Shown: positions 26,985 to 41,220, numbered from the stretch's first letter. The stretch is 64,000 nt of DNA from Octopus vulgaris (GCA_951406725.2 OX597815.1:97526001-97590000), one strand, 5' to 3'. Program-made: numbers and translations. The notes: generated by a model from the letters alone, not told the origin.

Positions 26985-27501
26985 GATTTCACTCCACTCT
27001 AAACGCTTTGAAACGTTCGCTTTTGAAAGTAATGGTTTTTTGATTGCAGTCCTACCGTGAAATATGGCTTTGCGCGGAACTCCCGGTGAACAGTTGTTTT
27101 GGAAACTAGGTTCTCGTAATGATCACTGAGCTCTGCAGTATTTTTGGAAGCTGTACATTTGTGATTCTTTCTAACAATTCGCGTAAGTGTCCGGTGGTCC
27201 CTTCTGAAAGTTTTAGTTTTCTTCAAAGGCTATCATTACTTTCGAGATACACCAAACATTTCGACTATTTCGGCCATACAGGCACCATCTATCGGTCTCT
27301 TTGCAGGACAGATTGATCTGTAATTTTAGTGAATTTTTATTACCTTTTTCTGAGGATATCTGAAACAGCAATTTAAGCAAAAATATATTAAGCAACATTA
27401 ATGATAAATAAAAAAACATAAAAATAAATAGGCTTTTTATAGATATTACAAATTTATGATGCTATAATGCTAGGTGTTTCCAATATTTTGTCCAAGCCCT
27501 G
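26985..27501 (-). mobile_element. Tc1-like transposon 5' portion (TIR plus decayed DNA-binding region)
   Basis: TA-CAGGGCTTGGACAAAATATTGGAAACACCT terminus at 27472-27501. RDHRTLTRIVRKNHKCTASKNTAEL...VSKTTVHRE is a Tc1 HTH region. Confidence 0.8.
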
Positions 27502-27638
27502 TATATATATGTCTGTATGTATGGATGGATATATATAACACATATATATATACGTACATAAATATGTATATACAGATATATGCATACACACGTATATAAT
27601 ATATTTATATGATCGCTCTAACATATTTATATATTCGT

Positions 27639-27684
<46 letters not shown>

Positions 27685-27698
27685 TGCATGTATGTATG

Positions 27699-27740
<42 letters not shown>

Positions 27741-29073
27741 TATAAATTTTTTTGTATGTATGCATATATACGTAAAAATAAACACACAAAGTATGTGTGT
27801 GTGAGCGCGCATATTTGGGTCCTGAAATACATCTATTCTACTTGTTACATCGAAGAAAATGATGTCGGTAAAAATCGACTTATAGGAAAACTATAAGTAA
27901 AGAAAAAATTCCAGTCGCTTCGTATCGGCATTTAGATTTAGCAATCTATAGAATTATATTATTTATATACAGAGAAAGTGTTTTTTTTTTGTTTTTGTTT
28001 TTTTTGCTTTTTTTTAGCAGCGACGCATATGTAAATGCATTGGGTATATATATACTTGTAAGTAGTTTTTTCAATGTGTATCGTTCTCCTCAAAACTTAT
28101 AGTGTGAAAATTCAACAGTTCTGAAGATGAAGTAGGGTGACATGTTTTAAAGAAAATCATCACGTACTGCATATGCGTATATAACTTGCAAAAGAAGGCA
28201 CGTTTCGTTTAATGACTATTAGCAATAGTGCTGTTTACTTTTTGAATGTATTTTTAGTGTTCCGGTGGGTTTTGGTCAGAATCAACTTGTTATAAAATGT
28301 TTCTACAATTTGTGACTTAAACTGATATTTTCTTATTATTTTAGCGGAATAACAGTTGGGAGTTAGAATTTGGAAAGGTTTGTATATGTACACAAGCACC
28401 TTCCCATTAGTCGTTATCCATGAATTCGCAAAGATTACGCTTTTATAGATCCCTTCTGTCAAGCTTTTCCACATGATTTCTTTATTCACTCAAGCGTATA
28501 CCTATTACCCTCTGTCAAAGTGATACAACTTTACTAGATTTTTGAAGTTATATCGATGAGTAAATTATATATATATATATATATAATATATACTCTTAAT
28601 GTTAGCAAGGGTAGAATATATAAAGCCCGGTTACTTCGCAGTTATTGTTGTAATTATTGTTATCTTCATAAAACAGTCCCATGATCAAATATATCTTGTA
28701 TCAATTGATTTAAGTTGTACATTTTGAGACCTAATGATATATGTGAGATTCATCTACTATTTCTCGTTTCATAAGCGGCCACATATGGCTGTCACAGCAT
28801 AAATGCAGAATTCTTTTAAATATTTTTAATATTGCAATATAAATATATCTTCTTTAAGAGAATGTACGTTGAGTGAATAGTGTCTAAGTCAATGCCGGGG
28901 ATATAAGCACACACACACACACGCACGTACACACACACACACACGCACATACACAAATACATACACATGCACACACACACACATACACACATATATATAT
29001 ATATATAGACACACGGAAATTGTGTGTCTGTGTGTGTCTCTGCGTGTGCGTGTGTGTGCGTGTCTGCGTGTGC

Positions 29074-29117
<44 letters not shown>

Positions 29118-29478
29118 GCATACACGGACACACATACACATACAGAGAGAGACAGTGAGAGAGAGAGACAGATTGACACAGTGAGTGCGACACACTCAGA
29201 GGAAACCAGACATGTCCACATACACACACATACACACATTCCCACTCCGTCTAAGTACACATACCAACGCACACATAAATACACTCAGATCCATAAATAC
29301 ATTCACACACCCTTCTGACTGCCTCCTTAACACCCTACTACTGACCATCCCATTTACTTAAATGTGCAAAAGCACACAACAACACTAAAACAACCACACC
29401 TAGTACCACAGCTGCTGACCTCTTACTACGACATTAACACACACAAAGGTCGCTCACACTCACACATATAAAAAATTA

Positions 29479-29620
29479 ATACCTATTTCTTTACTACCCA
29501 CAAGGGGCTAAACACAGAGAGGAGAAACAAGGACAGACAAACGGATTAAGTCGATTATATCGACCTCAGTGCGTAACTGGTACTTATTTAATCGACCCCG
29601 AAAGGATGAAAGGCAAAGTC
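29479..29620 (-). mobile_element. SINE family B 3' fragment
   Basis: Aligns to 26722-26865. Confidence 0.85.
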
Positions 29621-29948
29621 ACTAATACGCACTCAGTTACCGCCACATACATGCACCCAGTTACTGCTACATGCACACAAGCTACCTTGCACACACACAT
29701 AAAACTACCACCACAGTACATACACACACTCAGTTACTGCCACAAACACACGCTGCCATATACACACATACACGCTATCATACACGAGCACGCACGCATA
29801 CAGATACAATCTTACTTTACACTCCCCTAGTCTTAGAAAGCACTTCTTTTTGTGCATTTATTTCTGGTCATTCCAAAATGTAGCTATATGTAGACTGTTG
29901 GCGGCTTTATATCTCCGTCGTTTTCTTTTGGACTTCCCTCTGTCATCA

Positions 29949-29982
29949 GTTTATGAAGAAGAGTTTTGCTTGAACGTAAGGC
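29949..29982 (+). ncRNA. Decayed hammerhead-like motif in a relative of family H
   Basis: GTTT-ATGAAGA-A-GAGT-TTT-GCTT-GAAC-GTA-AGGC, followed by the family-H-like CTTCCC.GAG.GT...TAATAC tail. Confidence 0.45.
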
Positions 29983-30155
29983 ACACCATTTCTTTCCTTC
30001 CCTGAGTGTCTTATTAATACTTTACATGTACCACGCGTTGTAGTTTTTTACTTGTATTTTTCTCCCTTTGTTATTATATATGTATGTGTGTGTGTGCGCG
30101 TATGTGTGTGTGTGTTTGTTTGTAGAAGGTTGAAAAGGAACACACGAGTTGATAG

Positions 30156-30526
30156 ATATGAAAAACGTCAAGGTAGAAAATGCTACAATAATCTTATAAA
30201 AAACATTTCAGTACCGGTTTCAGTCATTGAGACTTTTACAACTGTAATTACGGAAAACAATTAAATTTTGGAAAAATTAAAAGAAAAGTTTTTTAAAAGA
30301 ATGTTTGCATAGCATTCAGATACTATGCAAATATTCTTTTAATGAATATGCTCCTTGTATTTGAATACTATGCAAATATTCTTTTTAAAAAAATTTTCTT
30401 TTAATTTTTCTGAAATTTAATTGTTTTCCGTACTTACATTTGAAAAAGTCTCAATGACTGAAACCGGTACTGAATTGTTTTTTATAAAATTATTTTAGCA
30501 TTTTCTACCTCGGCCTTTTCCCATAT
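30156..30526. repeat. Long inverted repeat (~160-bp arms), each arm with a hammerhead-like motif
   Basis: 30156-30318 versus 30361-30526. Motif AGTC-TCAAT-GACT-GAAAC-CG-GTA-CTG at 30209-30244 (-) and 30437-30472 (+). Confidence 0.88.
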
Positions 30527-30639
30527 ATATATATATATATATCACAGCCATTAACTTTGCTATACTTTCACTACTTGAAATCTCTTCTGAAATGTGGAAT
30601 TTGGTGAATGAGTTATTTTAATGTTGCTGCTCTCAACTG

Positions 30640-31840
30640 CATTTTTTTGTAGCGAGTTATGCGCATCCCGAACTCCCGAAAGAATCGATGCAGTTTTGTT
30701 TTGAAGACGCCTATGTCCACCTAATGCCGGATTTTCAAATTTTTGGCAGGGTATCGAAGAGTCTTTGCCCCTAGAATTCTAAGTTGTTAGAGTATGCTGT
30801 TCTGTATCCAGAGTGCAATTCTGGGATTTTTTACATTATGCAGTTGCGCCCTCTTCTGCTGTTGGTGTAACTAACAATGCCAAAATTCTTCTAGAATTTT
30901 CCACGTGTATCACTTCATATCTCTCCGGACTTTGTTCTTGGGAGTAGAGCTTTAAAGTTTTCAATCCTTCCCAGTAACTGGAATAACGGATTCAGATAAG
31001 CTTTGCCTAGTATTTTCCTTGAATGGTTTCCAGTTCCGTCGTTGAATTAACACTGTGTGGTGACCATAGTTGTGAGCAGTTACCTAAAAGAGCTGTGGAC
31101 GGAGGTCCTCCAGAAGACTATCATTGTTTCCTGTCATCTCGTACTGAAAGTTATAAGAACCCATCCACCCAGCCGTCTACATTTTATTTGCAGCTGGGTA
31201 ATATGCACCTGGAAAGTTGGATCATTATTCATTCCAATGCCTGTGTCGCACACTGATTTTAATTCAGGGATTGCAATCCATCTCCGACTCAGTATATACT
31301 CTTTGCATTTCATTCAGTTTCTCGTGCTGACGAGGCAGGTCTTGGAGTGTTCAAGCATTAAACTGCATGTTATTGTGTTTAGCCTACCTGTATATTGCAG
31401 TCATCTCCTATTTTAGGTGCGCAATTTGTCTAAGACGATGCATCCTCTGAGAGATTTTTGCCTCATTTGCATAGCTTGCAATGGTGGGCTATCTGAACAG
31501 CTGAGGTTGTGACTGAGAGGGCCAATCTGAATAGCAGTGGGGCACCGTACTTGTGTTTCTTTAGATGTCGTCCCATTGGCTGCTACAACCCGATTTCTAC
31601 ATTTTAGAAAGTCATGTATCTACTCCAAGACTTTTTTACTATACTGAGATTACGCACCTTGTGACATATACTATGACCGACTTTATCAAAGGCCTTTACA
31701 AAGTCGAGATTTATGATGTGTATATTTGCGCTGTTGAGCAGCTGCTTTAATACCCAATCGCAGTGCTGTAAGCGCTGTGTCAAGTAGCTTCTACTTGGTC
31801 GAAAACCGTACTAGGAGTCTGTAAATCATTCTCTTCACAT
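30640..31840 (-). mobile_element. Degenerate CR1-group LINE, older relative of the element at 1-1484
   Basis: Nucleotide similarity to 1-720, e.g. CACTGATTTT...CAGGGATTGCAAT and CGACTTTATCAAAGGC...CAAAGTCGAGAT. Confidence 0.85.
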
Positions 31841-33275
31841 ACACAAATGCAAAGTTACCAGTTTTCATGTTTGATTCTTAGAAAAGCTGTACAGAAATGC
31901 ATAGTAATGATTTGAACTGTGACAACATTGTTTATTACAAGGATCACAGTATATGATCAGGAAATATGAATTTGTGAACTCTTCCTCGTACATAAGGAAG
32001 TAGATGTGTAGTCAAGTGCTCCTACATCTTTAGAATTATGCCTGCACAATGAATTGTATATTAAATTCGGGGGAATTATTCAAAATTATATGCAGGGCTG
32101 GTGGAAATACTTCATGCAGTTCCACTGATTGTGTATCGGGTCTTAGAAACATGATTGGAGATTCAAAATGTTACTATATGTATGTAAATAGATAAATAGA
32201 TAGATAGATAAATATCACTGTATGCACTATTGCTCAGACAACGCGCGTCCTCGCATTATTTTACTCTTCAAATGATGCCTCCCACTGGCAAATAGTCTGG
32301 CCAACACACATACACACACATACACACACACTCCACACCATACACATATAACAGGAAAACGATTACAATCTCAGGGAGATATCGAGTGGTTCTTAAAAAT
32401 CTAATCAAGTCTACACCTAAAATTTTGCTGTAGAAAATTGTACATAGTTATTTGCTGTCAAAATAATTACTTTTGTACATTTACGAAAATTACGTTTTCA
32501 AAGGAGGTGTATGGAGTATATTATACCTCAAAGCGTATTTGTAATAATACTGTTTTGTAATTTTGTTTTATATACCATTGCTCTCTTTCGCTCTGTATAC
32601 ATTAGTAAAAGTATAAAATTTCTTCAGTTACCGGAAATATTGAAGTTTGTGGAGCTTAGTGTGTGGCTAATACTTATTCTCTCAATGCCAAAGGGTGTCA
32701 AAATAATAGTCTAGATTCTGAAAACTAGGAAGCAGATTGGTAATCTAAATACAATATAGTCCAGTGAGGTACTATTAACAGTCGATGGTGGGCACTATAC
32801 TTTTAATGAAAGCCCACAAGCACTGTATACTAGTATATTTCGATTCTGAGCTGCGGCCTTTTCATTACACTCCTTTCGCTAATGCCCTTCAGATAATCAT
32901 AAATCTTGCGCAAACATTTCCTCACCACTACACTTCGCTGTGTTTTTTTAATGACAGGAATCAATATTCAAATACGAGAAAAATGCAATGCATGTATAGA
33001 TAAGACTAATAAACTTTCTCTCTGGTGCACTTCACGAACATGTATCAATATATCGTTATATACTTCCCAATCTTCATCTTTAATACTCACACACACACGT
33101 CCAAGCACACATAAACACATACTAAAACGCATACATTCTCATGTATATGTAGGTATATACATGTATATGTATGTATGTATATATATATGTATGTATGTAT
33201 ATATGTATATATATATATATATGTATGTATGTATATATATGTAAGTATATGTAAATATATATATATATATATGTG

Positions 33276-33330
<55 letters not shown>

Positions 33331-33362
33331 TATGTATGCATCTCTCTCTGTCTCTCTCTCTG

Positions 33363-33435
<73 letters not shown>

Positions 33436-34924
33436 GATAATGCGTGTCGATAGTTTTTTTTCCTATTAACGGAAATATCTGAAATGAAATTTCCTCTTGC
33501 AAATATATGTTCCTATACTAAATATCTTAGTGTATAATTGGATGTTCACTATTAAAATATAGAACCTATAATCTTTAAAGTACTTTTGATATATATATAT
33601 ATATATATATGTATATACTATATTTTTTACCTTCCATTAACATTTTCATATAAAACTTTGTTTCTTTTTACTTCTGTTTGCAGCATGCCTTAAGCAAAGC
33701 TGGAATACGGAAACTAGTTATTTATTGGAGTTGTTGTGTAATGAAAACATCCCATTTTTATTGCGAATATAGAAAAAGATTGCAATCATAATTTGATCTA
33801 GCTACAGTAAACGCATAAATTCAGTATTTAATTTGGTATCTTCTGAGAAAATATATTTTTTCACGTTTGCTTTCGTTTATTTTTCTGAAAGATGTGTCAT
33901 GATGTAAGCCAGTGAAAAATGAAGCACAAATTAAAGAAAAAAAAAAAAGATGTATGATAACAGCATCTATTTACGTATATTATGCCATATATTCGTTTCC
34001 TTGAGATCATCATTTGTGGTATGAATCGCACAACCGTCGAATCCAAGCACCAGATCATGTTCAAACGTACATACGAATATTTTAAATGACAACTGCTTTC
34101 TTATGGGAATAATGATAATGGGCGCCCGTAAATCTGATATCTGCCATAAGCTTAGGATATTCGACGTAGATAGATATTTAGAGTTCTAAGTTAAAGACAT
34201 TTAAGCTAAGCTTTAATTTATATTAAAATCACAAGAATTTGTTGGCGACCAAGAACTTCTCAGGACGCCCACGAACAGTGAAATTAGGTTTTAGCTTAAT
34301 CTCGTCGTTGATAACACGCATTTTACATATTTTATATATGTAAATATTCATGTCAGAAATACAAAAATTGTCTTACATCTATGTAATTGCAAATAAGTCT
34401 ATTTTGGTCTTTAAATATGTCATTAGAAATGTGTTGCTTTGAATGTAACAGTAATGAGTGTAACTTAACTCTCTCTTTCATATCAATAATAATGATTCCA
34501 GACATAATGCCAATTCCAAACAAGAGCAAGAAAAATGCGACAATGTAAAACACAATTATATTCAAAAATTAAAACATTAATGATATACATAATTTTTTCG
34601 AACGACGTGAGTTATCTGAAAGAAAAACATAAAACATAATAAAATAATTATAATGCATTTTCTATAGCATAACCAGATAAGTTGAATACAAAGCCAGTAA
34701 TTAAGTGATTGTGTAATGGAAAATTTTACCTTTCACATATATGCTTCATAACACGTTAAGAATTGCATTTAATACCTCAAGAATCAATGAAATTCATCTA
34801 CTTCGCAAGGCTAGGTTATAAACAGAAGCGTCATATGCATACACACACACACACACACACACAAACACATATATATATATATATTTATATATGTATGTAT
34901 ATTTATATATTTATACACACTATC

Positions 34925-35200
34925 TATCCACTCAGTAGAAGTCGACTCTCGGTTACTAGATGGATCAGTGTCCTCCAGTCAGTTCTATCCTTGGCCGCTT
35001 CTTTCAGATTGGCTATGTCCATTCGGAACCAGCGGGTTCTTGGTCGGCCTCTTCCTCTCTTGCCACTGACCATTCCGAGCATGATGTCCTTCTCCAGGGA
35101 TTTTCTCCGCATAATATGACAGAAATATGCCAATCTATGCTTGGTGATCCTAGATTCTAGCAACATTTTCGACCTGATCTGCTTAAGAACTTCTCCATTG
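34925..35200 (-). mobile_element. RTE-clade LINE 3' fragment
   Basis: TNGEVL...[36 protein letters not shown]...AAKDRTDWR is a typical RTE/BovB-like C-terminus. Confidence 0.88.
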
Positions 35201-35210
35201 GTATACATGT

Positions 35211-35247
<37 letters not shown>

Positions 35248-35288
35248 TATATACATACAAATATATACATATTTTTATATACACATGC

Positions 35289-35331
<43 letters not shown>

Positions 35332-36559
35332 AACATACATACGTACATATTTCGCTTAGGCATTGCAATACTAATAGCCTAGTGTAGAACTCAATATATG
35401 TATGCTTCTGAGCGAAGTGTTAATAGAATAGAGAGCAGTGAGACTCAAATGTAGCTTAAAGTGTTATGCACTCAACAATGTGTCCACCGGATCTTATAGC
35501 AGAAGTAGTTGTATGCTAACGAAGTTCATAAGATAATCGTTTATTCCTTTGTTACCTGTTTTTCTAATATATACATATAGGTCAGTCTCTGCAGTGTTTT
35601 CTTCTCCAAAATTCTTGCACAGAAAAGGAGATTCCCTGGAGCAATATCAGAAGACATTCAACTTAATATATCGCCGACTACGACTGACTCAAATCTATGT
35701 CGTAAGAAATGAACTCCTGAACCGCACAGCCATGAACGTGCTTAACATATATATGTATGTTAGCCTGCGTTTGATAACATATTCTGGCATAGCTTTTAGC
35801 AACAGACAATGCACGTTAATATTCAGTGCTGAGAAATTCATGTACTATTCATAAATTCTTACAACTGTTTTACATAACACTAACTTACAGACACTTGATA
35901 ACAATTCCAAGCTTACAGTTCATTCGTTTAAATTTGACACACATGACTGAATATTGTTTGACTTAAGCGTTCTTTTGATTCTGTTTTACCAACTAACATT
36001 ACATTGTGGAGTGTTTGGTATATTGCGCAGGAGCCAGCTACAAAAACTTGAGAAAAATAATGAATATTTGATAGTGGAGTGAATGATTTGTTGTAATTTA
36101 AAAGAACGCTTTGTTAGGGAAGTTTCAGCATCTGGTTTTATTCAAACACCTATGGCTATTATCAGAGTATGAATGAGACAATTACAGCTGCAAAATGAAA
36201 AATATATATGTGGAGAAAACGAAAATATGAGCTAAATGTGAATGTGTCGAAATGAACTTGAGAAATCAATAATAAATAGTCTAGTCGTCACTGGTTTGAA
36301 AGTGATAAGACCTCGGTTCTAAGGTCAAACTAGTGTTAAGTTATCATTTTATCACCTCTCAGGTCGATTAAAATAATATCAACATCGGTTATTATAATTT
36401 CATTAGTTATTCTATATACCAACTTGCCAAATATTGACGAGGCTATTTATCTGGATTATTGACAACAGCTTCATTATTACAATCCTCCTCCTCATCATCA
36501 TCATCATCGTAATCATCGTCATCACCATTATCGTTATCATGAACTCTTTATACATTTCA

Positions 36560-36591
36560 AACTACTACTGCTGTTGCTGCTCCTGCTGCTT

Positions 36592-36646
<55 letters not shown>
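36560..36646. repeat. (TAC)n microsatellite within a CAT/CTT-rich low-complexity tract
   Basis: Direct reading. Confidence 0.9.
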
Positions 36647-37819
36647 AGAACCACAGTCCTCATAGTGAAAACATTATTCTTCACTATTATCTTCACCATC
36701 GCTCTTGCTCCAATCGTTATAACTTAGAGTAACATTATCCTTCTCCAGTTCCTCTTACTTCTTCTATGCCTCCTCTGTTTCTTTTTCCTCTCCTCATTAT
36801 CCTCGCAACCATCATCATCATAATCATCATCTTCATCATCATTATTCTCATCTATCAAATCGTCGTCGTTGTCGTCTTCATCGTCGTCCATTTATGCTGT
36901 CATGATTTATTGATCAACAAAATAAATAGTTATTATACAGCAATCAAAATAATTGGAAATACGTACCTCTTGCCTTCAAATTTACCCGAATGTTGCTATC
37001 GATGCACATATTGACTCATATTTCTCCATTTGATATGTGTTTTTCTCTTTCTCCTTCACGAAAAGAATTATTAAATGTGTTTCTTTTTTTTATCATTTTC
37101 TCCATTATATATACCAATTACGCCTAATTTATTCCTTCCATGACAAAATGCAAATTTTGGTTCATCCACCTCAGTCTTAATGCATTTCTCTACAAGGCTA
37201 CGTATATTTAGAAATGTGATTATTTAAGTATATCGTTTTTATGTCCTTGCCAAAGTGTTGTATCTCCTTCTCAGCTGCTAATTTCTTGTATAATAACTTA
37301 ACTATATTTTTCGCCCAGTGAAATATTTTGTCCTATCAGCTCAAGAACTCTCTCTGCTATATCATTCTTTAAATGTATGAGTTAATAGGTACAGGCCTTA
37401 CTCCAGAATGACGTATGTGAACAAACATTTTTTAAGTAATTAAAATTCGTCCCTTTGTTGGAGAAGGAAAACAAAATTCCAGCGTTATTCTAAGAGAGTA
37501 GCAGGGGAAATGGTAATGTTTGCGGTTTAAGACATTTGAGTGACACTTCATCAGATTTGCATCAAAGGCTCACTTTTGCATTGTGCATCATCCAGACATT
37601 GCTTTTTTCTTATATCAGGAGGAAACGAAACGTAAATAAAAACTTAAGGGATGAATAATTAGTATAAAATTCATATATATATATATAATAACAATATTAA
37701 TTATAAGGATTACTACGAAGATTCATAGCATTACCTTAAATACTGCTACTAATGCATCACGTTATATAGACCAACACATATTTCAATTGCACTGATTAGT
37801 ATCCGTTGCAATCGCAACC

Positions 37820-39797
37820 CTACTATAAAACCAGTGCAGTTTCTTCAAGGTCTTTATTTGATATCCTTCGATTTGGCCGTTTAAAGATTTATTTTATCTA
37901 CTCTGCGTTGTATAATTTAAAGATGTCCATTAAGTGAGACCCGAACAATCACCATTTCAACTTTTTATTGGATAATGATTTTTAGTCCGTTATTTCAAAC
38001 CTATTGCTTAAATGATTATTCATTTATACTTGAAAAATGTGAATTTTCTCATATACAAACATCGCAATGCTTGTACCTGTCTAGAGTTTATTACATTACA
38101 CTTGGATGTGAAAATCTCCTAAACATAGGTCACATCCATTGGTTCTTTGTCTGTAAGGTTGTGCAGTACAAATTAATTCCCATTTAATAGTATAATCTTT
38201 GTTACTGCCCTTAAAAACCAGATTAATTTGCTAAGATTCGTTGGAAACATTTTATTTCTGTCTTTAAATGAAATCAAATGATTTCCCAGTCTCCTCTAGA
38301 AAAATTACTAATGTCCCACCGATGTAAAAGCATTTCGTACGTTCAGATGTAACTTTACATCTATATATTACATATCTAGCCGTACTCTTATTTCTCACAT
38401 AACAGGGTTACCGTTTAGATCAATTTCAAAAATAATCTTTTATATTTCTTACAGATTTAGATTTAATTTGATCATTCATTGTAGAATTAAATTCATTTCC
38501 AAAGTCCTTTATTACTATTTACTCCTTCAGATAACGTTATCTTTCTTCGAATTCTAACTGAACTTTTATTCGATTTGACGTTATTAACTGTTAAAATGAA
38601 TTGTTTCCCTTCCCATGACATTTAAAATCCTAGCGTTCCTTATATTAGGGTTTTATTTTTCCGTTTGACGTTATTATGCCTAATATTTACTACGCCATTC
38701 AGACTATAATCGCTCTTTTGAAATTTCGATATTATTTTCACATTATGTGTTGCTATAATTTGTGCAATATTTTTGCTAAAACCAAAAGCCAATCTAATCT
38801 TACGTCTACTAAAATTTTTATAATGTTTGTGATTGCTTGGAAAATATTTTTTAATTGCTATATTAAACAATTTGGAAAAATTGTTACTTTACCTGTTTGC
38901 CTAATGGGATCATTAACCATAAATCATTCTTCGAGATAATCTCACATTTTTGGTGTTTATTTCATAATTTCGTTGTTCGAACGAGTATTCTCTGATTTCG
39001 ATTCATATTAAAGTTAACTTTTATTTTATTTTATTTAAATCTTTTAGTTGATTTTACATTCAAAGAATTTGAGATTTTTTATTTGAGAATATCACATCCT
39101 TATTTCTATTAGCAGTACAAATATTCTTAACCCTGTTATCAACAATTTTTCAATTTTTACTTTTGTTTGAATTATAATTGCTTGTTTTCTCAATTAAAAT
39201 CACCTACATTTGTTTTATCAAATTCTATATTTGATTTTAAATCCCCATTACTACCTTTCTTATGAACTGATTTGCTAATAGTATTAGATTTCAGATCTGC
39301 ATGATTAAAATTACTCTTTAAATCAGACTCGTTATTTGACTTATTACACTTTATTTTATCCTTACATCCCGCTTCCCTGAGTGCTAAGTAGTCTTCGATA
39401 AGTGCGAAAATATTCTCGTTGGCTGATTTAGTTATTCTACACGAAATGTTCTTTATTAGTGTGTTTGTTACTGATTTGGGATTATTACTTCCAATAACTA
39501 TACATTTTATATTTGCATTCGGTTTATGAAAGGTATTATAAATTAATTATTTAATCTCCAGCGTAACATCTAAGAAATTAAGAGAGTCATGTTCATGTTC
39601 TATTGTAATAGATAGACCTATAGTTTTAAGGAATCTAAAAACTTTATTTTTCTAACATTCTGCTAGATGTGCTTAGAATTATAAAAAGCACATGATCCTT
39701 ATATGAACCTCCTGCTATTTCAGAGAATTCCTTATTCAGAGAAAACAATATATAAATTCCCACTAATCAGAAACTAGTGCCGAATCCGTAGAACCAC
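37820..39797 (-). mobile_element. Penelope-like element, 3' part (RT C-terminal half, linker, GIY-YIG endonuclease), decayed
   Basis: GSTDSALVSD/LVGIYIL, IGLSITIEHEHDSLNFLDVTL, HKPN, KYFPSNHKHYKNF, VIYRCKVTSERTKCFYIG (GIY-YIG, ~38303-38372) and RLGNHLISF...TNLSKLIW. Confidence 0.88.
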
Positions 39798-39803
39798 TAG
39801 TCC

Positions 39804-40680
39804 TGGAAATATTACTAGTCTTTCCAAATCCGAAAACAATTCGGATTTGGAAAGACTAGTAATATTTCCACTCATAAAAACGACAAAAAGACCAGATTTA
39901 GTCATATGGGACACAGAACGAAGAATAGGAACTTTGCTAGAACTGACAGTGCCATGGGAAGAGAACATCGACAATGCAGAGAAGCGAAAGGACAAGAGGT
40001 ACGAAAAACTAATCGAAAAGTGCAGAGAACAGGGATGGACTGTCGAGTATTACTACCTGTCAGTGGGGGCTAGGGGCTTCATTGAAAGAAAAATGACAAC
40101 GTTATTCTAAAGGATTTGCATTTTCTAGCTCAGAACTGAGAAAACTAATAAGGAGAATACAGGTGGTGGTCGAAAAAGCCAGCTTCTATATATGGCTGGA
40201 GCGACAAGACCAAAAATGTATTGAAAGCCATAACATACCGACAGGAAAATAACATCACTAGGTGAGACAGGCTGACGCTGAACTAGCTTCGCTGATTGAC
40301 AGGTGACAGTCTCGTTTAGAGAATGCGTGGGCTAAGACGAAGCTCCATTGGTCTGTTAAAGTTTAGACAGTGTCACGTGATAACTTGCTGGGGCTGCCTG
40401 CTGGAGCTTGGCAGTGGGTATTTCAAGGGAAATTTTACAAGAGAGTCAGTCACCCGCTGACACTCGTTGACGCTACATCGAAAATGCCAAGGCATAGTTG
40501 AAAGAAGGAGAAAGAACACCAGAGCTGAAGACACCTCCGAAATGGGTGGTGGGGCGTCATGTCAGAACGTTAGAGTAGGGTCCGAAACCGGATGTGGTTC
40601 CTCCTGGTGATGTCTTGAGCTAACTGGATCCTATAAAGGAGCTGTTCTGGTTACAGACCACGAAACATGGTTGAAATTCC
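39804..40680 (+). mobile_element. Hero-clade (restriction-like endonuclease) non-LTR 3' fragment nested in the Penelope element
   Basis: TTKRPDLVIW...LLELTVPWEENIDNAEKRKDKRY...GW...VGARGF, then frameshifted EKASFYIWL and a GC-richer 3' UTR. Confidence 0.85.
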
Positions 40681-41220
40681 TCTATATCCGATCTATCTTT
40701 TCATGTCCAATATATATACCCAAATTTAATGATAGATTTTTCTAGCCGCCAAAATAACATCTATATCATCGTTAGTCATTTCCGAATTTTCCTTTGCAAA
40801 CATCAGTGCCTTATTATGTATTATTGGGCTTGTAGAAACATATTAATATGATATATCTATTTGGATAAATTTAGTTTTATCGTTATTTTTTACTTGTGTA
40901 AACCAGTTAATCACTTGATATGAACTGGATTTAGCTTTATTATGATACTAAGTTTCATATCACAAATGAATTTACGAATAGTACCAAGATCAGATTTAGA
41001 AGGATTTATATAAAAGCTAGGTTTATGGTTCTTAAGAATAATTTTTAACTTCCAAATTATATTTCGAGCATAATTTCTTTTACTTGAAGGCTTAGTTGTT
41101 TTAGATTTTACAGATTTTTGAGTTCTTTCAGATTTTTCAGATTTTTAAGTTGTTTCAGATTTTCTTGCCTTTGCTTTAGAAGTGAGCGATAGATTGAATA
41201 CTTTCAATGGTATAGGTTCT
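40681..41220 (-). mobile_element. Penelope-like element, 5' part (RT N-terminal half)
   Basis: SSSYQVINWF...KFIQIDI...KALMF/AK...DIDVILAARK...YW is collinear with the part below 39797. Confidence 0.8.

Noticed and set aside
32630-32768. TGNIE motif after an AG, as a candidate upstream receptor exon
   Set aside because: In-frame stop within ten codons
34353-34565. ORF with a hydrophobic, transmembrane-like start
   Set aside because: Expected by chance in AT-rich DNA; no other support
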